From Jimgerdemannia flammicorona (lineage: Eukaryota): 39,879 nt of DNA. The stretch covers positions 1 through 39,879 of the forward strand of contig RBNJ01000132.1 of NCBI GenBank assembly GCA_003990765.1. Reading direction: 5' to 3'. Below the pieces are notes generated by a model. It was not told the origin of the DNA. It saw only the letters and a list, made by a program, of their open reading frames with translations, and made no database searches. Positions 11,859-23,063 of this stretch are shown here, one piece after another; within the stretch, counting starts at the first letter, position 1; the number at the start of each line of letters is the position of its first letter. The translations under genes and the position numbers were made by a program.

Positions 11859-14800
11859 ATGCTACCAAAATATAATCCAACTCATCATGGTCAGCTATCA
11901 TGTCCCAGATGCAACAGATGCTTTATTTCATAATCTGGTCTCTCCCATCACTTAAACATTAGCAATTGTGAGCACAATATCTACAAGTTGAGGACACACA
12001 ATCATGCCCTTCCTTCTGGTCCTGTTATAGATACATTACTGCCTATTGATGCTAACATAATTGAAGGTATTCCACCAGAGATTGCAGAACTTAGAGAAGA
12101 TTACTATCTACCTCTGGAGGAAGAGATAGAGGAAGAGATAGAAGAAGAGATAGAGTTGACAAATCAGCCAGATTATAACTTGGATAGAAACTGATTGCAC
12201 AATCTTCCTGAAGAGTTTATATAGTTGGAGTTAGATGTTGATGAAGCTTGCAAATTATCTCTATTCAATTCCAAGGCCTTCAATATATATGAAACTGCCA
12301 CGGAGTCTAGTGAGATATCTGATAATAATTGGAACCCATATGATATAGATGAAGAATTGACTGAGTATGAAGAGGATGATGATCTGCTGTCTGATTATAA
12401 GTGCACAGACTCTACTTTAAACTCATTCAAGAGTATTCCCCATCTCCATAGTGGTGACATTTTTCCTGAATCTAATAGTGAGCTATCAATACCACCTGTC
12501 AATCTTTGGTATCCTTTCAATAATGGAGAGGAATTTTGGCTTGCAGATCTCATCTTTCATAAGAGCAAACTATCTAATTCAGCTGGAGATGAATTACTCA
12601 AAGCTATTACAAGCAAGCAATTAATTTTAAGTGATACTATTCAATTTCGAAATATGAAAGAGATGTATAGAATTATGGATACTACAAAGCTCCAAAAGCA
12701 TTGATATTACTTATATTTTTTAATAATTATATTACTTCTTTAGAATATATTTTAATATTAATATATATATATATTTTTTATAGCTATTTTATACAAAAAG
12801 TTGGCTTATTAATCACAAAGGAGAGTCATGGAATGGAATCTATACACTTCATTATTGCAATCCAATGGATGTTATCCACAAGCTTTTCACAAGTCCATGC
12901 TTTCAAGATTGTATGGAATATCAGCCTATTATTATGAACAATCAAAATAGAGATCACTGTTATGGTGAACTTCACTGGAGTGAGCATTGGTGGCATATGT
13001 AGGATTCTCTCAATATCAAGGGTGCAACTATCATTCTGATACTGCTCTCTGTAGATGAAATACACTTGAATATTCTTGGTTAACAAAAGGCTTATCCTGT
13101 CTATCTTATGATTGGAAACATTCCTAAGAAATACTGGCAAAAATATTCTAATCATGCATACATTATTATTGTACACCTTCCTATTCTTGAGGGAAGTTCT
13201 CCAGAGTGCAGCAAGCCTACTTTTAGAGATACAAAACGTCACCTTTGGCATATATGTATGTCCTATCTTCTGGATATGCTAAAAATTACTAGCTATAATG
13301 GTGAATTCATCAAGTATTCTGACAGCCAGTGTAGATATTGCTTTCCTCTCCTTTATTCATTTGCCATTGACTATCCTGAAGCATGCCAGATATGCCTTAT
13401 TTGCCAAGGTCAAGCATGTCCAAGATGCTTAACATCTAAGGATGACTGGACCAGAATTGGAATTTAACATCACTTATGGACAATTGCAGATATGAAAGCT
13501 ACAGTTCAAGCTACTATTGGACTATAACATATAGGACAACAATAAGAAGCAGAGCAGACTCTCAAAGATACTGGCTTAGTTACAATAGAGAACACTCTTT
13601 GAGAAATTCTGAAGACTGATATTTATCAGTGTATTACTTCTGACCTTCTTCACCAGTATAAAAAGAGAGTCTGGGAACATATGGTAAATTGGTTTGATAA
13701 GCTTGTCCATCAAACATATGACTCACTGCACACATCTACAGCAATCCTCTCTGAGTTTGACATGCAGATCATGATGATTCCTCTATTTTCGGGCTTGAAC
13801 CATTTTTCTAACAGTTTATCTAATCTCTCACAAATGACAGCTACAGAATATCAGCATACTATGAAAATATTTCTGCCTTATGCTCATGGTATCTTTCCAT
13901 TTCAATACAATGGAATTCATGTTCTCAATCTAATACAATACTTTCTGGAATTCTTCTACAGTGCTTTACTACCTATTCAGACTGATTGAACAATTCAGTA
14001 TATGTATGATAGCATCAGGAAACTTAACCAGATGAAGGATGTCTTCTACTCTATATGTCCCAGCAAGTTCAAATTTATTAAATGGCATAGAATTGACTAT
14101 ATTGCTGAGTCAGTAAAAGAAACTGGAACTCCTGGCAACCTAGATACTGAAATATCTAAGCACCAGCATATTGAAGACAACAAGAATGCATATGGATGAT
14201 CAAATAAGAAAGATATATATCCACAGTTTGCATACTATATCTCAAGACGGACAACACTCCAATGTCTCAAAGAGAAACTCAAACAACCAAAACAGCAAAA
14301 GACTCTTAAGCTTAGATGCTATCTGGGATCTTATCTCTCTGGTCTTTTCAATATCAAGGAGCTTAGATTAAATTGGCTTAAAAAACTCCACATTCACACC
14401 ACCATCTTTTTTGACAATTATATTAAGGCCTCAGTAAATGTAAATCCCAACTTTAATGTGAAAACAAGTAGACTGACATTTAAGAAAATGCAAGATCTGG
14501 ATGATTACCTGGTTAGTATATATCCAATATATCCTTCCTCTATATTTTTTCTGCACTTATATATTGACCTCACCACTTCATTACAATTTCAGATTACTAT
14601 TTTCAAAGCCTTACTATTATCCACCCAAATTATTATCATGAAGTCATCAAGGAACTCATCAAAACAATTATGCAGTGTAACTTCTGCTTCCATAGTTATC
14701 TACAATATGATTGGGTTGCAATTTATGACTAGAAACATATTGAGAAAGAAGGCGAGAAACTGTATGGCATTCATGAATTCCTTATCAGTCAACTACTCTA

Positions 14801-15092
14801 TCTATTCACCATGACAAACCTTGGTGAGAAATACTACCTTGCTTACCTTCAATGGTTTGACATATTGGAGATCTGTGACCCCAAATCAGGGTACCCTGTT
14901 GCTATCTGCACTGATAACTTTAATATCATTGGTGTTAATGCCATAACTAGAAATGTGCACCTCATCCTCTGCTATGACAGTATCATATCTACAACCACTG
15001 TGCAGATGCAAGGCCAAGATGTGCTTTTTGGGTATGATAAGTACCTCATCAACAAGTACTCAGATTGGGAGACATGAGAGAGATTTTATTAA
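11859..15092 (+). pseudogene. Plavaka-type transposase pseudogene with N-terminal C2H2-like Zn finger; introns ~12700-12783 and 14512-14592
   Basis: CPRCNRCF...LSHH; WYPFNNGEEFWLA; YGELHWSEHWW; IILILLSVDEIHL; AYPVYLMIGNIPK; AIDYPEACQI; CPRC; DLLHQYKKRVWEH; KFIKWH; GTPGNLDTE; YDWVAI; LAYLQWFD; YLINKYSD. Confidence 0.9.
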
Positions 15093-15541
15093 GTAAAGTG
15101 ATATGCATTATATTCAATAGTGCAAATAACTGAAGGGTAGATAGTAATAATATAAGTACAATATTGTATATTCAGACAATATTGAGGTTAGCTAATGTAA
15201 TTAATATTCAATATAATATAATAAGTTGGTGGCCATTGCTCATTTTGTCATTTCATGAGATGAATTCACAACAATACTCTAAAAATTCGCCAATGCCATC
15301 AAAAATAGGTCAGATTTCCATAATGATCTCCAAGAAACTCCTTTTTCTTCACCTAAAGCTACATTTGGTATTTTGTATAAAAAAGTAGGGAGTTTGCAGC
15401 CCTCATCGAAAGTGGAGTGTTTTGCAGGCCTCATTCTGAAATTCCTGGTTCTACAAGCAAAAATGACAGTCACCAGATTACAAATTCTCTTAGAATATAG
15501 CAAATGCAAGTACTTGGAATGGGAGGGTGCATGCTTGAAAT

Positions 15542-15567
15542 TAGAGGGCCATTTTATTTTCCTGATA
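15542..15567 (-). repeat. Right TIR (reverse complement TATCAGGAAAATAAAATGGCCCTCTA)
   Basis: Inverted match to 4478-4503. Confidence 0.9.
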
Positions 15568-15569
15568 AC

Positions 15570-16028
15570 TACTAAGAAGAAACTTTTGATATTGGAGAAA
15601 AAGTCCTACTAGATATCCAAGGATACCAAGTTGATAACTACAAGTAAAGACCCTCTATAAAGCTAAATAGTAAGTTCATTGAACCATTCAAAGTCATCAC
15701 ACAAGTCTCTCTAACATCATACAAATTAGTGCTACCAGATATCATTAAGATTCACTCTGTCTTCAATGTCCAACATCTAAAGTAATATAATGAAAATGAT
15801 GATAAGCTATTCCTAAACCAAACTACAAAACCACTAGCATTTGTCATTATTAATAACTATAAAGAATACAAAGTTGAATAAATTCTCAACAAATATGGCT
15901 ACAAGAATTACTCAGAATATCTTATCAAATGGAAAGGTTATCCTATTCATGATGTTATATAGAAATCCAAATCAAACCTTCAGAATGCTACTAACTTAGT
16001 TCAAGAATATGACTCCTTGAATAATTAG
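15570..16028 (+). pseudogene. Integrase C-terminus (GPY/F) and chromodomain of element 1
   Basis: FDIGEKVLL, KLNSKFIEPFKV (GPF), YKLVLP..IHSVFNVQHL, EYKVE*ILN..EYLIKWKGYPIHDVI*KSKSNLQNA. Confidence 0.9.
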
Positions 16029-16468
16029 TTTGAATACTCTAATATCTATTATTTCTATACTATATATTACCCCTCCCAAATATTGTTAAAAGCACTCTTA
16101 TAATTATTATAAATATAATTAAGAACTGCACAAGTTAAGATAAAAGAAATACTAACTATTTAAAAAAAACAGCAAAACTGAAAGCAGCCTACTCTCTCTA
16201 TATCACTGATGGAAAATAAGATATAGATATTTAAGAAAATTCCTTAGAGGAAATTCTCTGGTAGTGAATGATTGAATGATATCAGAATCACTTCCAGTAT
16301 ATGACATTAAACACACAACCCTTTAATGTATAAATTTAATATATTAGACAACTATACTATAAGTATGCTACTTTTTGAGAATAATAGACTTTATCAGACT
16401 TTTGACTATCTAAATAGTATAACAGCACTAGACCAAATTAGGAGACCTCAATAAGAATGTCAAAAGCT

Positions 16469-16482
16469 AAGAAGGGGAGAGT
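16469..16482 (+). promoter_or_regulatory. Polypurine tract of element 1
   Basis: AAGAAGGGGAGAGT directly before TGTAAG. Confidence 0.85.
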
Positions 16483-16983
16483 TGTAAGTACACAATCTCT
16501 AAGCCACTAAAATCACATATCACCCTCAGAACAAATTTAGAAATCATATACAAGATCACAAAGCTGAGTCAACTCAAAGTCACAGATTACAAAGCTAAGT
16601 CAACTCAAAGTCACAGAACACAAGAGATATAAAAATGGAATCTTACTAATTAGGACCAAAAGTATATATACTAAATATATAGTATATCAAAATAAAGAAC
16701 TATAAAGAACAATTATAACTCTTAAATATATATTCAGATATGACCACTGAAATCTACAACTGTATCCATACTGATATTTGGAATACTATTATCAACAAAG
16801 GTACAGCTCCCCTATCCCTTATAAATTTCTATATTCTAGTATCTCTCTATTTCATAGAAGCCTAATAGAATGTCCTGAATATGCTTAGTGAGACCTACGG
16901 AATTAAACAAATCTCAAGCTACTATCAGATCAGTTGCCTCCTAGAAGATATAGTTAGCCACCACTATCAAGTATATCAAGTAC
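16483..16983 (+). repeat. 3' LTR of element 1, segment 1 (continues at 22690-23063 and 25079-26058)
   Basis: Starts TG after the PPT; colinear with the solo LTR at 23064-25078. Confidence 0.85.
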
Positions 16984-17232
16984 AATGAGGGGACTCGCTC
17001 GAGACCACAGGTCAATGAATGCAGGAAGGTCTTGGGCATATAGCACCCAAAATGTTTCAACACTATTATTTGTCTAAGGCGTTTCTAAATCAGGCATAGT
17101 CTTTCCTTTTTTGGTACTAGCGCAGTATGTGCATTACTTTTATATATAATTCTACTATTCATCCAACATTACTTCATATGTACTTTACACTTATGCTTTT
17201 GTGCTTCCGTACATTTGTATGCATTTCATTAC
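16984..17232 (+). repeat. Ngaro repeat A1 (249 bp)
   Basis: Direct copy at 22174-22422. Confidence 0.95.
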
Positions 17233-17238
17233 ATTACC

Positions 17239-18690
17239 ATGGTCCTCTCCACAAATTCTGGCCTTTTGTGTCGATACAACCCTTCCCATATGTCGAAGGG
17301 CCAACATGACCTAGGCTCTGCCGCCTGCCCTTTCTGCTCAGATGTTAATTTCATTGAGTGTGTGCTCCGCTTTCTGCAAGATGACCTGGAATCTGATAGT
17401 GAGAACTCCGATATTGCTATCCTCATGGATTATCTCGCCACCCTCCCTGATCACTCTACTTCCGCACCCTGCCAAATCATGTATCTATTGGCGTATGCCG
17501 CATCCAAGACTCCCGCTAGCACTACGGCGGCTGGACCAGTTTTTTTCAGCACACCGGCCTCTGATGTTTCCATTGAAGCCAGCATTGCTCAGCTCCAAGA
17601 GCATGCATCCACACAAGACTGTCGGTTCGATGAACTTTTTCAGCTTTTATGCTCTCGCCCCGACATCGTACCTTCAGCAGTACTGGCTAGTGCAGTTCCT
17701 GCCATTTCTGGTCAGAACGTGTCTCCCATCATCAATCAAGCCTTTATCGATCGTGCTACTGCCTCTCTTTCGGTGGTTCTTGCATCCCCATCCTCATCCC
17801 AGCCCTTACCGACTATTCCTTTAGTTTGGTCCACCAGCATTCACAGCCCTGCCAGTAATCCCCAGGGTGAGTCTATCCCTATACCTCCTTCTGTCGTCTC
17901 TGCCCATACCATTGTCCGAGGCGTCAATCTCTCTTTGAAATATGTCCATGTTAATCAATAGCTGTTGGCCACGGTCGTCGACAATTCATTCACTGCTGTG
18001 TCACTCGGCCGTTTCTTGGAGCGAAACATCGTTTCTATCAGTGGTTTTCTTGATGCTCAATTCATCGAAATATTTGACAAATCAGGTGCTCAGATCATTC
18101 TTTGAAAGCTGCCATCTCTTATCAAAGATCCTCCGGATATCCCTGCTTTCCTTGCTGCCCTGCTTACATATTTCAGCATTCTTCATGATGCATACCCAGG
18201 CCTCACCGATCCTACTCCATTCTTTTCATATGCCGCGGATTTTATTTTACTATCAACGTCATCGTATTGGTCCATGCTTCTCGATTATCATGTCTCCTTT
18301 CACACAAAACGACTGGCAGAGATTGCAAATGATGGTGTTTCTTTGGTATGGTGTGAGCACTGGGCCCGGCATGACCCCGACCTCTTTATGATCCTTAGTC
18401 TACATCAATGTCTGTGAACTCTGATCTCTACATCTAATCCGCTTAAGCCCTTCAAGTCTTGCAATGTACAACGGGGGCTATGTCTTACTGATGGCTCCTC
18501 TGCTCCATCTACTGAGAACGCCTCTCAACAGTCTACTTGTTGGGCATACAACGGCGTTCTATTCGATGGATCACCCATGAAGGATCCTGGGTGCAACAGA
18601 AAAAGATGCCCTTATGCACATTCCTGTTCTTGCTATAATGGTGATCATCCATAGTATCAATGCTCCCACAATCTGTTGGTTCGCCCCTAG
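17239..18690 (+). pseudogene. Ngaro gag-like ORF with C-terminal Cys/His Zn finger
   Basis: Single frame with a few transition-type stops; WSMLLDYHVSF..WARHDPDL and CWAYN..CNRKRCPYAHSCSCYNGDHP*YQC. Confidence 0.75.
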
Positions 18691-20532
18691 GAACTCGCTC
18701 TTGTTTATTCTTTACACATACCTCCGGCCACTCCAAATACCCTACTCCATCACCCATTTACTGCCCCTCTTAATGAAGCTGCTCAAGACATTCTACATCG
18801 TTTTCCTCTTTCTTCTTCCGCTTTTCGCCCTGTCGCGTGGGCATATGAGCTCCAGTTGTATCCTGACCCATGGGTAGCTCAGGCTGCCATCGCTGCTATT
18901 ACTCAAGGCGCTCTTCTCAGCTTTGATGGGCCTTGTCGGCGCCTGCTGTCCTACAATCATCACTCCACTCTTGACCACCCGGAAGTGATCATGTCTGACA
19001 TCGAGCAGGAAGTCACCGCCGGTAGAATTTGTGGCCCATTCTCATCCCCTCTGTTCAAATGCTTTCGCTTATCTCCTCTCAGCGCCGTCATGAAGAAGAA
19101 TTCTAATAGCGCATGGCATCATATTCACAACCTTTCTTGGCCCCATCATGGCGATTCAGTGAATGCCGGTATAGATACCGATGCCTTCTGGCTCTCTTAC
19201 ATTAAGTTTGATGAGGCTTTGGACTTGGTTCATCATTTTGGCCAGGGATGTCTTCTATCAAAGGTCGACCTTGCCGATGCATATTGTCATATTCTCATCT
19301 ATCCTACGGATTGGGAGTTGCTGGGTTTTGAGTGGTCGGGGCAGTTTTATTTCGATCAGTTTACTCCTTTTGGTGCATCCTCATCACCATTTCTTTTTAA
19401 CCTTTTCACAGAACTTCTCGCATGGATCGCCCACTGTCACGACATATGCACACACATCCACTACATCGACAATTTTCTCCTCATTTTGCCGCCATTCCGG
19501 CCATTTGCCCTCTCCGACCTACATTTACTTCTTGCCATCTGTTGTCATCTCAGCTAGTCGATTCAAGAGCACAAGGTCGAAGGCCTGACAATGTCACTTG
19601 TCTTTCTGGGCATCAAATTGGATACAATGGCTATGGAAGCCCGCCTGCCTCTCAGCAAGCTTGACACGTTGCTCGCCACTCTTCAGCAGTGGCTATCGTG
19701 CACATTATGTATATGCCCTCAACTGCAGTCTCTTATTGGTTCCTTGGCATTTGCCTGTAAAATTATTCTGCTGGGCCACCCATTCCTGCAGTGGTTTATT
19801 GACCTTCTTTCCGGCAATGCCTCATTCTATATCTCACTGAATGAGGAATTCTATGCCAACATTTGTTGGTGGTTCGAATTCCTACCCCACTGGAATGGTA
19901 TTTCCATTATACATCTGGTGGCATGGTTCCACGAGCCTGATGCACAATTATGGACAGATGCTAGCAGGATCCAAGGCTTTGGTACACATTTCAATAGCGA
20001 ATGGTTTTCCACTCTCTGGCCTCCCGATATAGCCTCACATGACATTCAGTTCAAGGAACTTTATGCCATAATTGCTGCCGCTGCTACCTGGGGCACTCAA
20101 TGGCATTTTCACCATATATTGCTTCATTCTGATAATCAGGCAGTCATCGCTATTATCAACTCAGGCTCTTCATACAACCCTCTTCTGCTGGAACTTCTCT
20201 GCCAGCTCTATTTTCAAATGGTGCATCACGCTTTTCAACTTCGTACCATATTCATCTTGACATCCAATAATGGCATTGCTGATGCTTTATTCTATGCTGA
20301 TCTTCCTCGTTTCCATCATCTTGTCCCTTATACTCAGATGCTCCCGAGCACGATTGGTATTATTTGCATTCCACGCTTCCAACTGTTGTTGCCTTCTTTT
20401 TGTGGTTCGGACTGGCAAAATCAACATGCCACTCATACTCTTCGGGACAACGCAGCTTCCTCCAATTCTGCAATCTCCATGGTGGTAATCATGCCTCCGG
20501 CGGGCCTTTGCCCGCATTCGAACTGGTGCTAA
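18691..20532 (+). pseudogene. Ngaro reverse transcriptase-RNase H
   Basis: GRICGPF, SPLSAVMKK, IHNLSWP, SVNAGI, KVDLADAY, PFGASSSPFLF, HYIDNF (YxDD with D>N), FLGIKLDT, WTDAS, IQFKELYAI, SDNQAV, NGIADAL. One stop at 19555-19557. Confidence 0.95.
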
Positions 20533-21370
20533 TGCGGTGGGTCTGTAGCTTGGCCTTGCGACGGCTTCAACCATCCACAATCAAATGTTACCTCTCAGCC
20601 GTTCGTTCTCTACACATCGACTCTGGCTTTGCCAATCCATTCATCGGTCTTCACCAACTTCCCGGAGTGATGCGTGGTGTGAAGTGGCGGCTAGGCATAT
20701 GCCCAACTCAACCTCGGCTTCCTATCACGCTCGGTATTCTTCGTAGTCTTATCAGTCTGCTTCGGCTATCTGATTATGATGATCTGCATCTTGCGACTGT
20801 GATGTCGCTTGCATATGTCAGTTTTCTTCGCTCTGGCGAATTTACATGGGATGGGTCTTTCAATCCCATTTCCCAGCTGTCCTGCAGCTCTGTGGTCTTT
20901 CAACCTAGCATTGCCGACCTCACCCAGATTATGCTCACTCTGCCGGCCTCTAAAACAGACCCGTTTTGCCAGGGTACATCACTTTTTATCGCCAAAATGG
21001 ATCCCACCACACCATGCGTGTATCCTTACTTTGCCTTCTTTACCTGGCACACCCAGCCCCACCCGACACCCCTCTGTTCTGGCGTTCCACAAATCGATCA
21101 TTCTCTCAGGCCTATCTCGTTAGTTATCTTCGCATGTTACTTCCATGGATTGGTCTGAATCCGCTTCTTTATGCTGAGCATAGTTTTCAGATTGATGCAA
21201 CATCCGATGCCGCTGCGGCCGGTTTATCCGATTATGAGATTCAGATGTTGGGTCGGTGGGAGAGTGTGGTGTTTAAAGGCTATATTCACATGCCTATTTC
21301 TCGCATTCTCCACATTTGGGCTTTGTTAACTCATAATACTTATTCTACTACTCATATTACTTGCGGTTAA
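20364..21370 (+). pseudogene. Tyrosine recombinase (overlaps the RT-RH end; frameshift at ~21005)
   Basis: STIKCYLSAVRSLH, RLPIT, FLRSGEF, SKTDPF, HSFQIDAT (HSFRIGA), IQMLGRWES..FKGYI. Confidence 0.95.
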
Positions 21371-21396
21371 TGATTTCCCATTCCTCTTTTTCTACT

Positions 21397-21760
21397 GCAT
21401 AGCCTGCGACACCAGCTTATTCCAGGTCCTGCGTGGTGCGCAAGACCAGCCTTTATCTCTCCTCATTGGTCTTACATCACCATATAGCTCGTGACACCAG
21501 CCTTTAATCCACCCACCTCAGCTTCTTGCCACTGCATAGTTCGCAATACCAACCTTTTCCGACATTGTACGGCTCACGACACCAGCCCTCCTTCTTTTCG
21601 TTATCGCGCAGCTCATGACACCAGTCTACTCAGACCCCCATGCAACTCGTGACACCAGTTCTATCCCTCGATCGCTGGGCTCGTTAAATCAGCTTCTTGA
21701 CTTTTGCACAATTTGCGACACCTGCCCTCAGTTTTAACTGCATGGCTCGCAACACCAGCC
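21397..21760 (+). repeat. Ten dispersed 21-bp repeats (consensus GCAYRGCTCGYGACACCAGCC) separated by unique 11-31-nt spacers
   Basis: Copies start at 21397, 21431, 21482, 21534, 21567, 21606, 21640, 21674, 21706 and 21740. Confidence 0.85.
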
Positions 21761-21940
21761 ATATCATCAACATTGGGCGCAGCCTTTCTATTAAGCCTTC
21801 AGTGCCTTTCTATCTTCTACTCCACTCACATTTCTACATCCATAACTCCCTTTTTACTTCATTTGGGCCAAGTTCTTTTTTTCGGCACTACCAACTCACA
21901 CTACTATATATCATCATTCTGCACATTTTACATATAACAT

Positions 21941-22174
21941 TTGGGCCGGTCTTTTATACCATGTATTTCTATCCAAATACAGAACAATCAATCATTTATT
22001 TGAGGTTTCTTTCCTAGGATTTCGGGGTGATGCATGGTCATTTCAGTGACATGGGGTTATTGGTGTTTTATCACGAAGATTGATATTATGTGAGCATAGC
22101 ATAGTTGATATTATGCAAAACATAGTATAGTTACACCTCCCTAGCATAGATCGACATTACGGCAAAAACATTGA
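21941..22174 (+). repeat. Ngaro repeat B1
   Basis: Direct copy at 22457-22689. Confidence 0.95.
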
Positions 22175-22422
22175 ATGAGGGGGCTCACTCAAGACCACAG
22201 GTCAATGAATGCAGGAAGGTCTTGGGCATATAGCACCCAAAATGTTTCAATGCTGTTATTTGTCTAAGGCATTTCTAAATCAGGCATAGTCTTTCCTTTT
22301 TTGGTACTAGCACGGTATGCGCATTACTTCTATATGTAATTCTACCATTCACCCAACATTACTTCATATGCACTTTACACTTATGCTTTTGTGCTTCCGT
22401 ATATTCATATGCATTTCATTAC
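22174..22422 (+). repeat. Ngaro repeat A2
   Basis: Copy of A1. Confidence 0.95.
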
Positions 22423-22456
22423 TACCCACCTCACCCTATATATATATACATAGTGG

Positions 22457-22689
22457 TTGGGCTGGTCTTTTATACCGTGTGTTTCTACCCAAATACAGAA
22501 CAATCGATCATTTATTTGAGGTTTCTTTCCTAGGATTTTGGGGTAATGCATGATCATTTCGGTGACACGGGGTTATTGGTGTTTATCACGAAGATTGACA
22601 TCACATGAGCATAGCATAGTTGATATTATGCAAAATGTAGTATAGTGATGCCTCCCTAGCATAGATCGACATTATGGCAAAAACATTGA
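22457..22689 (+). repeat. Ngaro repeat B2
   Basis: Copy of B1. Confidence 0.95.
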
Positions 22690-23063
22690 CCCAAACTACA
22701 GACAGACTCTTCCTGCATCCTGATGACCACATCCTGCAAATACCTCAAGTTAAATATACTATAAAGAATATCTATGATATAATTCAGTTCAATAATGATA
22801 AAGCAGAAGACAATAATCTATCTGATACTAATATGACCTCTAGCTAAGAATCACTACCAACTCTAATCACTCTGCCAACCTTACCAATGAACTTATAATA
22901 ATTTATAACTATCTATAAGATCTATTGGAATAATGATCACCGATATGAGTATCAATCTGCATTTATACCTGATTACTTCAACTATAATAAAGAGATCAGA
23001 GAATATAACCTATATCTCCAAACTACTCTCAAGATTGAATCAATAACCCCTCTCTTGAGTATA
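22690..23063 (+). repeat. 3' LTR of element 1, segment 2
   Basis: Aligns with 23775-24148 of the solo LTR. Confidence 0.85.

Larger units (their letters stand above)
4478..15567 (+). mobile_element. Plavaka-type (CMC/CACTA-like) DNA transposon, 11,090 bp, with cargo genes
   Basis: 26-bp TIRs (23/26 identical) and a 2-bp TSD AC (4476-4477, 15568-15569). Removing the element plus one AC restores the integrase frame (..QYINQY|Y*EETFDIGEKVLL). Plavaka-like transposase inside. Confidence 0.9.
16984..22689 (+). mobile_element. Ngaro-type tyrosine-recombinase (DIRS order) retrotransposon, complete
   Basis: Split direct repeats A1 16984-17232, B1 21941-22174, A2 22174-22422, B2 22457-22689; gag, RT-RH and YR domains; no TSD. 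Confidence 0.95.

Noticed and set aside
16030-16460. Possible small ORF between chromodomain and PPT
   Set aside because: Too many stops and no second copy in the window to test frame conservation.
21397-21760. True CRISPR array
   Set aside because: Spacers are short and variable, repeats are degenerate, there are no cas genes, and it lies inside a fungal-type retrotransposon. Reported only as a repeat-spacer array.
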